Shown piece after piece: positions 13,332-26,399 of a stretch of 64,000 nt of DNA. Source of the stretch: Lama guanicoe (Eukaryota); assembly GCA_013239625.1 (NCBI GenBank), contig MU056000.1, positions 15,032,851 to 15,096,850 on the forward strand. The letters are read 5' to 3'. The stretch's first letter is position 1, and each line of letters starts with the position of its first letter. The notes under the pieces are model-generated. The model did no database searches. It saw only the letters and a program-made list of their open reading frames with translations, and had not been told where the DNA came from. Made by a program: the position numbers and the translations under genes.

Positions 13332-14384
13332 CTATATTAAGGGAGAAAAGCTCCGGTTGAATGAAACAAAATCACTTGTAGGTTACAGCTGACTATTCCA
13401 GAAACAAAACAAAACAATTTCAAAGTAGCAAACTAAAGTGGATTCTATAAAATATATTTCAGAAAGGACAACTGACTTTCAGACTAGACGTTTACAAAAT
13501 GAGATATTTTACAGGTGTCATCTTTGCTGAAGTATTAATTTAATTATATAAATCGTATGGAAAACATGCATTAAAATTGGTTTACCCTTATGTACAACAA
13601 TTAAAACAGTATAACATTCTAAAATTAGGCCTCCAGTTTTAAACCTCAAGACACTAAAATGTGACTATGCTTTGAAGCACTTAAATTTGCGAAAGTATAA
13701 TTTTATAGATCTTTATTGAAGAGTGCATGAAATTTGAAGTTTCTATGCTCAACAATGTGATTATGTTACAAATGCTAAAATAAAAATCATTTTTATTAAG
13801 TATTATATAATCACTGTATTAATTTATATAAAAATCAAAGAAAAATTTAAAATAAAAATCACAAAGCCCCAAGGACGAGGGAGAAATAGAAGAATAGTAA
13901 AATCTTTAGATTTCAGTGGTGTTCCATTCTGAGAAAAAGTGAATTAAAATAGAAAACAAAAAAATTGTAGTACTCTATAGAATGCCTGTCTCTTCAATAA
14001 AATGTGCCTAAATTATTTAAATTCAATTTTTATAATATACTTTTTTTCCAAATACAGTGCAGGTCAAATTGTACCAGTGAAGTATCATTTTGTACACTTT
14101 GATCCAAATCAAAAATTAATAAAATACCAACAACCCAGAAGAATATGGGCTCCAGATATGCACAAGAGTTCCCAGAGAAATGTACCCAATTACCTTTAAA
14201 ATAAATGCAAGTATGTTCAGAGTTTTTATAATACTGAACTGTAAATCAAAACTACAGTGAGATATATTTTCATACTTTATTGTTGAAAATCATTGAAAAT
14301 CAGAAATGGTACAATTTTGATGGAAAACAACTGTAATGTTGTAAAATCGCTTGCTTTCAAATTTGGGGATTTTTAGAAAACAGT

Positions 14385-14910
14385 TTCTGAAGTCAGGCTA
14401 AGTGCTCATTCTTCCTTAGTGAGTACGAACCCAAGACAATAAGAATGAGGACAAATGAAGAAAAATAGAGAAAGGAGATCAATGTGATGCTGGAACAGAC
14501 TCTCCCTGCCAGACATTCTAGGCCGTTTAGCCAAGGAGGATATCTTCAAGAAATTTGTTTTCATAATCTATACCTCGAATCAGTCCACAGGTGGTGGAAA
14601 AGATAAGGGTTTTATCAGCCTGATTCTTTCCTCTCTCCTAATTCCCCTGGAGAACATTCATGCAATTTAAAGTATTATTTGGCTCCTTTGCTTACCGGTC
14701 AGAAAGTCAGTTTCCATCTCCTTTATTATTTCCTTCAGAAAACAGACTCTGGGCATTGGCTGGCCATCTGGCTGGAGCTGGGACATAGGGCTCAGCACCA
14801 GTAGGCAAGCAGAGTCCATCAGCTGTGAAATCTGCTGACACAGAGCAGGTGGCTGATGGTTTCCCGGAGGGGCTGTGGCATCTGAAGAGGTACATCAAAA
14901 CGGCTGATGA
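14385..14910 (-). mobile_element. ERVL LTR (LTR33/LTR16 group), probable 3' LTR
   Basis: Ends 'gtggcatctgaagaggtacatcaaaacggctga' and is followed by 'gcaccactcagatc', like the antisense LTR33-group/internal junction. Confidence 0.55.
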
Positions 14911-16495
14911 TGCGTACTATGCGCACCACTCAGATCTGGTCATTTGTCCACATGCAACTAGCTTCCACAGTACAGCCCAGAGTCGTGACTTTTTGTCAGG
15001 ACAAAATATAGCCAGTTTTTCCTAAGAGGATAGAGGTACAATCTATCAATCACAGGGTCTCTTTCAAGGTGTTTCTAAGTCATTCTTCCCTGGAAAACTT
15101 ACAGTCATAGGAAAGCAAAAGCACAGACTCTGCTGGCCCAGCTGATCTCAAGGTTACAGCAGATATTTATCATCTTTCTTCCACCAAACCATTCAAAATG
15201 TCCCTCATCTGTTGCCAACGCTTTGGCTGGTTTAGTTTGCTTATCTGCTGGGGAGAATGAGACCTTCAATCCCCAAAGTGTCTGAACTTTTTAATTCCTG
15301 CCATTGTCTGGATTTTGATTTTTATCATGCCTGACAACAGTTGCTAATTGACTGGGAGACACAAAAAGAGGTCTAAGTAAGTTCTCTGGATCCAAGGTAA
15401 TCCTTCTTTGCCCTCACTATGTGGTAGTAACCTTGGTTTTTCATGGTAATGAAGATGCATTATTTTAGGCAATAAACTATTTATTTTTCATTTGCCTGTT
15501 TATTCACTACCATGAGGAACCCAAACCAGAAGAGTCCTGCTCATATTCCAAATCAATGGATCACTTACTGGTCCTCTTAAAGGGTGTGCCCTCCCTGCCA
15601 TGAACATTTTTGTAACCCTGCAGATCCCAAGTTCTTAAGAACCGAAAGCCCAAATGTCATGCATGGATAACTGGGTTTGACAGTGAAATAAGTGAATCAT
15701 TCTTACACTCTTTGGTTTAGAAAACCATGTGTAATAGCTATTGGGGACACAATACAATGCATTGGGGTTTTGTGGCTTTTTTTTTTAAGTGCAGTGCATC
15801 TATCTCATTTAAAAGACAGCACAATGTTCAAACTCCTCCGATGCTGTTTACCTGAGTCTCCCTCTGTTTAGCCAGACAGTTCCATATTGGTATACATAGA
15901 GAGTTAATTCTATATTTAGGAGTCTATTGTTACTCTTCTTTTGATGTAAAATATTGCTTTTTTTTCCTCAGAAAATTGTATGGCATACCATGTTGATAGT
16001 TAAGGCACTCTGTAAGACTTCAGATTTTAGAGTTGGTAAACCCAAATAGAAAGAGGGAGAGAGAGAGAGAGAGAGAGAGAGAATCCAGCAGTTAAGAAGG
16101 ATCACAACTGTTTCCATGGGGTACCATCCCAAAGCCTCAGTATTTGCTTACTTCCTGCTCAGTGGGTCCCTGGGCAATGGCGATAGGGAGATGAGGCTCA
16201 GTGAAAGGGAGCCTGTGTTTTACCCCAAGCGGAAACCTGGCCCACTGATTCCGGCCACGCCATCACTGGCTTACTGAACAAGCACAGGTGCAGAAGAAGA
16301 GAGGCTGACACGTTGGTAGGAACCTGCTTGCTGTGTGCAGCCCCTGCCGGGAATACTCTCTAGTGGGCCTGGATTTCAGCCATAAAGATCGTGACTCATA
16401 GGCAGTCTGAGAGCTCTATCCATGTATCTATTCCCCAGAGCTCCTTGGCTGTAGCTAGATCTGCCTTGACGAGAGGAAGTTCATATTGTTCATTC
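14911..16495 (-). mobile_element. ERVL internal remnant (pol RNaseH/integrase region)
   Basis: Minus-strand translations: LWGIDTWIELS (ERVL IWGRGMWIDLS), QYELPLVKADLATA (QHGLPLTKADLATA) and PMHCIVSPIAITHGFLNQRV at about 15710-15765 (PIYGAVSPIARIHGSRNQGV). Confidence 0.8.
16057..16082. repeat. (GA)13 microsatellite
   Basis: Read directly. Confidence 0.95.
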
Positions 16496-17289
16496 CCCCT
16501 ACCTTTCTGCCTCTTGGAATTTTGAGAATGTTTTCGTTGTTTGTTTTGTTTGGGATTTGCCACTAGATGACAATTGCACTTGCACTTCTGTGATGCCACA
16601 GTGTGCAGACCTGGGGGATTTGAATATGCAAATTATCTTCTAGAACAGACTATGTGTGATGTAATTACCATGGACAATGAGCTCATGTAATATCATAAAA
16701 TTAGCCAGAGAAAATTCAACATCACATATTATCACAACTCTATAACTAATTCTTAACATAAGGCATAGTTTTCTTTTAATTTTTCCCTACTAATATCATG
16801 TTTTCTTATACAAGTTTATAATCATTAGAAAATTCTAATGCTTTCATTGAAAGAATTCTTAACATGATGGTGATATATTGGTTCAATTTGAATTGACTTT
16901 TATGAGTTCTGAGTCACTAACATTTCTAAAGTCGAGGCTTGCTAAGTGCTTTTGAGCACCTACCATACATTCCTAACAAACAGCTTCATGGTTATGACAC
17001 ATGAATCACTTACATTTTGGTAAAGGATGGTTTTCATTGCATTTTTATTGTGATGAATCACTACATGTGGAAGATTAAATTATTGTTCTTAATTTTAATT
17101 CACTGAGTAGTAGTATGCATTGATCATGCCATCACGGTGAATGGAATTTTCTTTGCTGCCCTTGAAATTAGTATCATCCAAAACACACACAGACATTTAC
17201 ACTTAATTTACTTAAGTAACACTTAAATTACTTATGTGTATATGTATATATACACACGCACATAAACATATGCAGATATAAAATTTTAT

Positions 17290-18416
17290 TTTTTTTCCTT
17301 TATAACAGTTTTATTGGACTATATAACTCATATAACATAAAACTCACTCTTTTTAAAGTCTATGATTCAGTGGGTTTAGTATATTCAGAGTTGTGGAACC
17401 ATCACAATTATCTAATTTTAGAATGTTTTTATCAGTCCCAAAAGAAACCTTATACCCATCTCCCCCTTCACTTGGTGCCTGACAATAACTACTGTATATT
17501 CTCTCTCTATGGGTTTGCCTATTTTGGACATTTCATCTAAATGGAATCATACAGTGTAGTCTGGGTTCTTTCATTTAGCATGTTTTCAGAGTTCACTCAC
17601 GTGTAGCATGTAGCAGTACTCCACTCTTTTTGCACTTGCATAATAGTCCATTGTATGGATATAGCACATTCATTTATCTATTCATTGGGACAGGGACATT
17701 TGAGATGTTTCCACATTTTGGCTATAATGAATAGGCTGCTGTGAACATTTATGTACAAGTATATACATGGCCAAATGTTTTCATTTATCCTGCTTATGTA
17801 ACTAAGGAATGAAATTTCTTGGCAATATATTAACTGTATGTTCAGTCATTGAGGAGCTTCCAGGCTGTTTTCCAAAATAGCACTTCATTTTACATTCCCA
17901 CTAGAAGTGTATGAGAATTCTAATTTCTCCAGATTCTTCTACATGTTTGTTATCTGACCTCGATGTAGCCCTACTAATGGGTGTGAAGTGGTACCTCGTG
18001 GTTTTGATTTGTGTTTCCATTGTAACTACTAATGTTGAGCATCTTTTCATGTACTTATTGATCATTTGTATATCTTCTTTGGTAAAATGTCTTAGTTTAA
18101 TTTCTCATTTTAAAAATTATTTGTCTTTTTATTGTTGAGCTGTCTGACTTCTTTATATATCCTGAATACAAGTCTCTTATTAGATAGATGATTTGAAAAT
18201 ATTTTTCACCATTCTGTGGATTGTATTTTCATTTTATGATGATGTCCTTTGAAGAATACATTTTAAAATTTTTGATGAAGTCCAGTTTATCTTGTTTTTT
18301 TCTTTTGTTGTGTCTGATATCATATCTAAAAAGCTTTGCATAACCCAAGATTACACAGATTTTCTGATAAGTTTTCTTCAGGGATTTTTAGTTTTACACT
18401 TAGATCTGTTATCCTA
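17290..18416 (-). mobile_element. L1MB-like 3' end including the ORF2 C-terminus
   Basis: 'tttagtatattcagagttgtggaaccatcaca', 'ttttacattcccactag' and 'gtgaagtggtacctcgtggttttgatttg'. Confidence 0.85.
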
Positions 18417-20004
18417 TTTTTTTTAACATTTTTTATTGATTTATAATCATTTTACAATGTTGTGTCAAATTCCAGTGTACAGCACAATTTTTCAGTCGTA
18501 CATGAACATATATATATATTCATTGTCACATTTTTTTCTCTGTGAGCTACCATAAGATCATGTATATATTTCCCTGTGCTATACAGAATAATCTTGTTTA
18601 TCTATTCTACAATTTTGAAATTCCAGTCTATCTCTTCCCACCCCCTACCCCCTTGGCAAGCACAAGTTTATATTCTATGTCTGTGAGTCTATTTATGTTT
18701 TGTATTTATGCTTTGTTTGTTTGTTTGTTTGTTTGTTTTTTAGATTCCACATATGAGTGATCTCATATGGTATTTTTCTTTCTCTTTCTGGCTTACTTCA
18801 CTTAGAATGACATTCTTCAGGAGCATCCATGTTGCTGCAAATGGCATTATGTTGTCAGTTTTATGGCTGAGCAGTATTCCATTGTATAAATATACCACTT
18901 CTTCTTTATCCAGTCATCTGTTGATGGACATTTAGGCTGTTTCCATGTCTTGGCTATTATAAAGAGTGCTGCTATGAACATTGGGGTGCAGGTGTCATCC
19001 TTCTGGAAGTAGGGTTCCTTCTGGATATATGGCCAGGAGCGGGATTCTTGGGTTGTATGGTAAGTCTATTCCTACTCTTTTGAGGAATCTCCACACTGCT
19101 TTCCACAGTGGCTGCACCAAACTGCATTCCCACCAGCAGTGTAGGAGGGTTCCCCTTTCTCCACAGCCTCTCCAGCATTTGTCATTTGTGGATTTTTGAA
19201 TGACGGNNNNNNNNNNNNNNNNNNNNNNNNNNNNNNNNNNNNNNNNNNNNNNNNNNNNNNNNNNNNNNNNNNNNNNNNNNNNNNNNNNNNNNNNNNNNNN
19301 NNNNNNNNNNNNNNNNNNNNNNNNNNNNNNNNNNNNNNNNNNNNNNNNNNNNNNNNNNNNNTTTTTTTTTTTTTCTTATTAAGTCATATGAGCTGCTTGT
19401 ATATTCTGGAGATAAAGCCTTTGTTGGTTTCATTTGCAAAAATGTTCTCCCGTTCCGTGGGTTGTCTTATTGTTTTACTTATGGTTTCCTTTGCTGAGCA
19501 GAAGCTTGTAAGTTTCATTAGGTTCCATAAGTTTATTCTTGCTTTTATTTCTTCTAGGAGAACATTTTTGAGATGTATGTCAGATAATGTTTTGCCTATA
19601 TTTTCCTCTAGGAGGTTTATTGTATCTTGTCTTGTGTTTAAGTCTTTGATCCATTTTGAGTTGATTTTTGTGTATGGTGTAAGGGAGTGTTCTAGCTTCA
19701 TTGTTTTACATGTTGCTGTCCAGTTTTCCCAATACCATTTGCTGAAGAGACTGTCTTTATTCCATTGTATATTCTTGCCTCCTTTGTGGAAGATTAGTTG
19801 ACCAAAAGTTTGTGTGTTCATTTCTGGGCTCTCTGTTCTGTTCCATTGGTCTATATGTCTGTTTTTGTACCAATACCATGCTGTCTTGATGACTGTAGCT
19901 CTATAGTATTGCCTGAAGTCTGGAAGAGTTATTCTTCCAGCCTCTTTCTTTCTCTTCAGTAATGCTTTGGCAATTCTAGGTCTTTGATGGTTCCATTAAA
20001 TTTT
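18417..20004 (-). mobile_element. Young 5'-truncated L1, copy 1 (camelid-type)
   Basis: Poly(T) tail, 3'UTR and ORF2 translation at 19384-19821 ([27 protein letters not shown]...[10 protein letters not shown]). Near-identical to 35023-36272 and 42552-43965; contains an N gap. Confidence 0.95.
19207..19361. other. Assembly gap (155 N)
   Basis: Run of N inside L1 copy 1. Confidence 0.99.
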
Positions 20005-20014
20005 TAAAATTTTA

Positions 20015-20845
20015 AGACTTTATTTTTTAGAGCAAGTTTAGATTTACCAGAGTGTTACATTTATTACAAAGAATGAACCTACATTAACACATCATTATCA
20101 CCCAAAGTCTATAGTTTGCATTAGGGTTTACTCTTGGTCTTGGACATTCTATGGGTTTGAACAAATGCATAAGTAATGACATGTATTCATCATTATAATG
20201 CTGTGCAGACTATTTGCACTGCTCTGAAAATCCTCTGTGCTCCACCTAATCATCTCTCCTCTCAAACTCCAGCAACCACTTTTTACTGTAGCCACAGTTT
20301 TGCCTTTGCCAGTATGTCATATATTTGGAATCATACAATATGTATCCTTTTTCAGAATTGCTTCTTTCACTTACTAATATGCATTTAAGCTTAGTTTATG
20401 TCTTCTAATGGCCTGATAGTGCATTATTTTCAGTGCTGAGTCATGTTCCAATGTTTGGGTGTAACACAGTTTATTTATATATTCACCTATTGAAGAATAT
20501 CTTGGTTGCTTTTAGGTTTTGGCAATAATGAATAAAGGTGCTTTAAACAGCCTTGTGCAGATTTTTGTATGGATACAAGTTTTGAACTTTCCTGAGTAAA
20601 CATCGAAAGTTACTACTAGATTGTATGGTAAAAGTGTGTTTAGTTTTCTAAGAATTATCTTCCAAAATGGCTTTACCATTTTGCATTCCCACGAGCAATG
20701 AAGAAGAGTTGCTGTTGCTCCATATCCACAGCAACACTTGGTGTTGTCAGTGTTTGGGGTTTTTGGTTATTCTAGTAGGTGTCTGGTGGTATCTATTGCT
20801 GTTTGAATTTGCATTTGCCTGATGACATGTGATGTGGAGCATCTT
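20015..20845 (-). mobile_element. L1MC1-like 3' end
   Basis: 'aatgaacctacattaacacatcattatcacccaaagtctatagtttgcattaggg' and 'ccattttgcattcccacgagcaatg'. Confidence 0.85.
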
Positions 20846-22409
20846 AGATATTTTAAAAATGCAATCAAATATAGCAGAAATGTGATTTCAGTGGTTTCTT
20901 AAAAAGCATCTTCTTAGGAACAAAATGTAAATGTCTTAAAACCTATGAATGTAAATGGGTTCATGGAATGGCTTTTAGACTTAAGCTCATCCATAAATAA
21001 TACAATATATATCCACAAAATAAAATCACTGGATAGCCCTGGCAGCTTTTAAGAAAGGACTTACATAAATCCAAATGCAAGATCAGTTAAAAATAAAATC
21101 TCCTAATTTGGTTTTAAGCCAAAATGTACCACTTATTAGGTGATTTCATTAATAAAAATTATGAAAAGTACTATAATATGTTTACTATATTTCTCTAAGC
21201 ATACAAATATTGTATTTTTAAATTTTAACATTGTGACTGAACAGAAATATTAGTTACAACCTAAGCTTTAGCATACAAAGAATTACTTTTAGCTTACCAT
21301 TGAATTTATCTATGTGAAATTAAAAATTACCTGATAATACCAGACAAATAAAAATACACATACTTGACTCAATGATATTGATAAAAAGTAATATTTAACA
21401 AAAATAAATGAATTCAACTTCACATATGAGAAAAAATTTTAAATTCATCAGTGTTAATAATTTTATAACTTAGAGTTATTGCATGAATATTAGAACTAAA
21501 ATTTTTGAACATCAAGATTAAATGATTTCTGTTACAAACATGGTTTCAAGTCAAAATACTGCAGATTCTTGTGGGACCTGCATTTGATCAGAATAGGAAT
21601 GTGCATAAGTCTTTCTAAGAAAATAAATTTGAAATTAATTTATAGCAACTCGAAGTAGAGACTACGCAAAATCAAAATGAACCCAGAAACACTGCTTATC
21701 CAAAATGATAGATTATAACACATCCAGCTGACAGTGCAGAAACCAAGTCATCATGAATAAATATAAGGAAAGCCTTGAACAGCTTAATAAAATCCTTTAA
21801 ATCACTGCTTCAACTCCATCTACTGTGTCAGCAACAGCAAAGATACACACATTGGTAAATATGATTGAGCTTAAATTCTGATGATGAAGGAAAGGTTAAG
21901 TAAGATTAGCAATATTAGTACATAGATATCCTTGTGAAAAAGTTTGGAGTCACACTTATGTATAGAGATAATTATTACTTCTATTTATAATGTGTTATAT
22001 GCAAATTTTGACATTCAGATATTTATTATTTTGAAGATATTTTCATCAGAATGTCTAAATGTGCATGTTCATGTGTGTGTACAATCTGTCAGTAACTTAG
22101 ATGTTTATTCACATATGGCTTTGAAAAGATATTTTCTGATTAGTTTAGATGCTCAGGGATTGTTAGCCTAAATAGTGTAGAGCAGTGAGGAAGAATTCAA
22201 TAAACATATGTGCATGTGTGAAATAAGTGTTTGAACTAATGACTTAATAGTTAATAAGTATATAAAAGCAGAAATTATTTTGCAGACAATGTTTCAACTG
22301 TAATTTTAAAAGCATATGTTATTCAGAAACTTTGAATAATACACACAGTTACTAAGTTTTTGAACATAGATATGCCCATTTCTGGCCAACACTTCTATGC
22401 TCATCACAA

Positions 22410-23215
22410 ATGTTAGATTTCCTAAGACCTCAATCATCAGCCCCCTTATCTTTTCAACTTCTTTTTCATCTCAGGCTGATCTTATCCACATACTTTTTGT
22501 TTCAACATTACCTATAAGCTTATAAAATGCACACCTGTATTTCTGTTTAATTCCTTTTAGTTTTTTTCTGAATTCTAGAACCACATATAAGTGCTTAAAT
22601 GGATCTTAATCCAGATATCTCTTGAGCATGCTAACAATTTCTCCATGCTAAAAGATTAACTTATTATTTTCCATCTAAATATAATTTCTTTTCACTTTTG
22701 ATATATATATGAATTTAATTAATATTTGTTTATCAGTTGTTCCTTTACTCTCATTCCAGGTATGAAGTGGTTTCTACCAGTTATCACTTCATAATGAAAA
22801 GATGACAAATTTTTCACAATTTCTTGGATCTTTTAATTATCCAACTCATTTTCAAAATTCTGGAAACTGATATTTCTAAGTCACAATAATGTTTGTGTTG
22901 TTAACCTTCTTTCCTAAAGGAAATTAGATTCTCTTAGATATAGTTTGCTTTTCCAGGATTCACTCTAGAAGTCTCTGTCTCCCATCAATTTACTCTGTCT
23001 CTTAACCCTATACAACTATATCTTCACCAAATGCTCCTACCACATGAAATAAAATAATGTTCTCCTAGAGCCATTTACTCTTATGCCTCTTAACATCTGT
23101 AAATGATACAACTACTTTCTGGTATTTCCTTACATTTACCCCAAATTAAATTTTTAATCCTCTTGGAAATATTTTCTAAATATTATCTTCCTTTCTTATA
23201 GCTGGCTATACATAC

Positions 23216-23246
<31 letters not shown>

Positions 23247-23480
23247 CACACACATACACACACACATACGTATACACATATATACATATACATAAATTGT
23301 ATACATGTATATAAATTATAATGTCTATCTCATCTATCTCATCATATTGCAGCTGGCATTTACATATTTTCTGTACCACTATCTGGGAGATGGATAATGC
23401 ATTTTTAAATCCCGAGTTCCTAGCATTTAGCACAAGTCTGGAGACATACCAGCTTCTAATACATGAGTTTAATAATTAAA
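22410..23480 (+). mobile_element. Decayed L2 3' fragments
   Basis: L2-like body 'cctaagacctcaatcatcagccccctt' and tail 'ttcctagcatttagcacaagtctggagacata'. Confidence 0.45.
23207..23312. repeat. Compound (TA)/(CA) microsatellite
   Basis: Read directly. Confidence 0.95.
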
Positions 23481-23873
23481 TGCTTAAATGTGCTAATACA
23501 TAAATGATATACTGATGATATTTGCAAATAATTGGAAATCTATCTGATAATATTTTTTCACCTTAAAGTGGAATAAAAATGTGAGGGACATAGACTGTTT
23601 GTATAATCTATAATACATCTCTTAGATGGCCTCATGTCTTCATCTACAAAAATTTGTCTATAAAAAATAAAGAAACTAAATCATGTAGATTATGTATAGA
23701 TAATGTGTTTTGATTTCAAAATTAAAGTTAATCATAATTTTATATTGTAATAATTAAAAGAACAAACCTGGACAAATGTTTTTATATTTAACTTGTCTTA
23801 GTAAGACAATTATTGTCAATAGGAAATCAGATTTTTCTCATCTCCGGTTTCATGATAGAAGGAAATAAATCAT

Positions 23874-24434
23874 TGATATGACTGAGTCCAAGCTTGTACT
23901 ATTCTCTGCATGACAGGGTAATAAACTGAAGGATGAGGTGTTGGGGAAGGGAATGGAGACTCTATTTGGAAAGCCAGCAAATTGAGAAGACGGCAGACTA
24001 GTGTCCCAAATTACCATCTTACCCAAGTTAGAACTCAGGTTTCTTGTAAAAGGGGAAGGGATGTGGCTGGTTGCTGCAGACTTTGTGCCTGCCAGACCTC
24101 AGAGGGGATAATCCTTTGTTCTTGCAGCTAGCTGTCCACATAGTTCTGGTCATGATATTCCTGTAAACTTCCAAGACAAATGTCATTTTCGGTTCTGCAG
24201 CTTTTTATCTCTATATGAATGAAAAAAAGTGTTACGGTTTTAAAGATCAAGCCTAAAAGGCAGAGCCTAGAGAAAGGACTATTATGTATATTTCAGGCTG
24301 TAGGTGATGTTGCTTTACTGACTGATGAGACCAAGTTGCAGAACCAGTATGACTAAGCACAGGCAACAGAGCACAAAGGTCAGAGCTAAAGGAAGAGATC
24401 CAATATTAAGTCAAGTTTCTTTTCCTTTGTTACA
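23874..24434 (-). mobile_element. ERV1-type solo LTR
   Basis: TG...CA termini ('tgatatgact' and 'ttgttaca'), about 560 bp; 'ggaaagccagcaaattgagaagacggcagactagtgtccc' is typical of cetartiodactyl ERV1 LTRs. Confidence 0.75.
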
Positions 24435-25707
24435 CCAAGACTGAAGCTTTCAACTTCTACTAATGATGTAAAAGACTCTGGTGTAAGGAAATAATGAGCA
24501 GCTGGTTATGATTTGATTGAATAAATTTGATGTGTTTAGCAATTAAACGAACAACCAGATACCTGAACTAAGGTTGTATCAGCTGTAACTGTAGTCATCA
24601 AAGTTATGCTGATGATTGAGATCCTATGGGGAAGATAGTGGATTATCTACGATACAGGGAAGCTTGGAAGAATATAAATATTATGAACAAAGAAGGGGGT
24701 GTGAGGATTTAGGGTGGGCACATAGATTGATAGAAACCAATTCAAAATATTTTTATCCAATTATTTGTTGATTCATTCTCAATTCAGTTACATAAATTGG
24801 GAGATTTAAGGATAATTGGAAAGATCATGCATGCCTTTCAATAACTGTAAACTACAAAAATCAGATGTTCAAGCTTAAGAAAATATTAGTGTTTTGGTGT
24901 TTATTGATAGTGTATATATTCAATACATAAAAAATAGTTGGAATATACTAAAAAACAAAATTTTTAAAAAATTTCTACTAATTTATCACTTGAGTTCAGC
25001 TTTTTGACAACCTAAGTTTAATGCAGGTATTTAAAATCACAAAGGCCCATTACATTTCTATTAATAAGGACAAAAAAACGAGTTTAATGAAAATAGCCAT
25101 TTTCCCTTTGCCCTCCAGTTTTACATTTTTAACCCAAAGAGTAGACAAGATCAAATAACTAGACAGTGAAACACTGACTTTTTAAAAAAGGACTGTTACA
25201 GTTACATCTTTGAACCTGTGAGAATTATAATTCAAAATAACTTTGGCCACTGGGAGCAGCCTGTAAATCTGTAATGCTTTCTTAACACTGACACCACGTG
25301 ACCTTTTTAAGAAATGGCACTAAAAAATATATTTTGCCTTGACATCTTCTGCAAATTTTGGTGAGCAGATATACTCTGAGTCTCCCAACGTGTACACAAT
25401 TTCCCTTACATTATAAGAGAGCAAAATCCTGTGATAGCAATGTCACAAAGTGTAACTTCTCCCAAGAAAAAGAGGTTAAAGACCAAGAAGATGTCAAGAG
25501 CTATTATAGTCTCTTTGAGTTTAAAACATTTTTAGCATATTATATTTGCATTCTGTGGTCTTAAAAATTATTATTTGTTTATCAGGAAATCTGATTTCTG
25601 CATCTTAAAAAGATAGGAAACCTGCATTGCTGATTTTTCTTTTCCACCATCTCACATTCGGAGATGTCATAGGAACCAAAGGACAACTAGTATGACAGCT
25701 TAATTTA

Positions 25708-25836
25708 AGGAAGGAAAAGAAGAAGGTGAAGAAGAAGAAGGAGGAGGAGAAGGAAACAAAAAAGGAAGGAAAGGGGAGGGAGAAGAAAGAGAGAGGGAGG
25801 GAGGGATGGAGAGAGAGAGAAAGGAAGGAAAGAAAG
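25708..25836. repeat. Purine-rich (GA/GAA/GGGA) low-complexity tract
   Basis: Almost entirely A/G on the + strand. Confidence 0.9.
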
Positions 25837-26399
25837 TCAGATCCCATTATAAGACTTTGTAATTTGTTGTTCAATGTGCAAGAGGAGAAGCTCCCAGGGA
25901 TAAGAGATTAAGAGAAGTATTTTAGTTCTGTATTTTATTCTCTCAACATTGTGCTTCTATCCCATCACTATTGCAAAGCAGAAATGCTGCAGCAACATTG
26001 TGTGAAGGGGTGGGATGGTCACGCCAAACAACTCACAGAGCTTGGCAAGCATGGGAGCTGGTGGGAGGCACAGGCCCACTGCTCAGTTCACTGCCTTTCT
26101 CCTCACCTCTAGGATATGTAGTTCCAAGAGCTTTTGGACAGAGCAGTTCCTCTGGCAGAGCACAGGGAGAGTGTGTTCTTCTGTTTGTGAGTGGAGGGAA
26201 AAACAGTAAGTGATTGAACCAGAGTGCAATATCAGGGCATCTGAACCAAACTAACACCCACAAAAACATCGTCTGCTCTGCCAGGAGGTGTGCTAGCTAG
26301 GACCTGAGCTCTAGGCCCTCATACATGACCCACTGAGAGAACGTATTGCCCCAGAGAAATAATGAATAAAGGGTGAGAATAGCAAACGACTTCAATGTC

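Noticed and set aside
19196..19801. Longest ORF (201 aa), and similar ORFs at 35875-36225 and 43396-43926
   Set aside because: These are antisense frames of L1 ORF2; the first is also inflated by the N gap.
25726..25911. Lys/Glu/Arg-rich ORF and its Phe/Ser-rich antisense ORF
   Set aside because: Translation of a purine-rich simple repeat.
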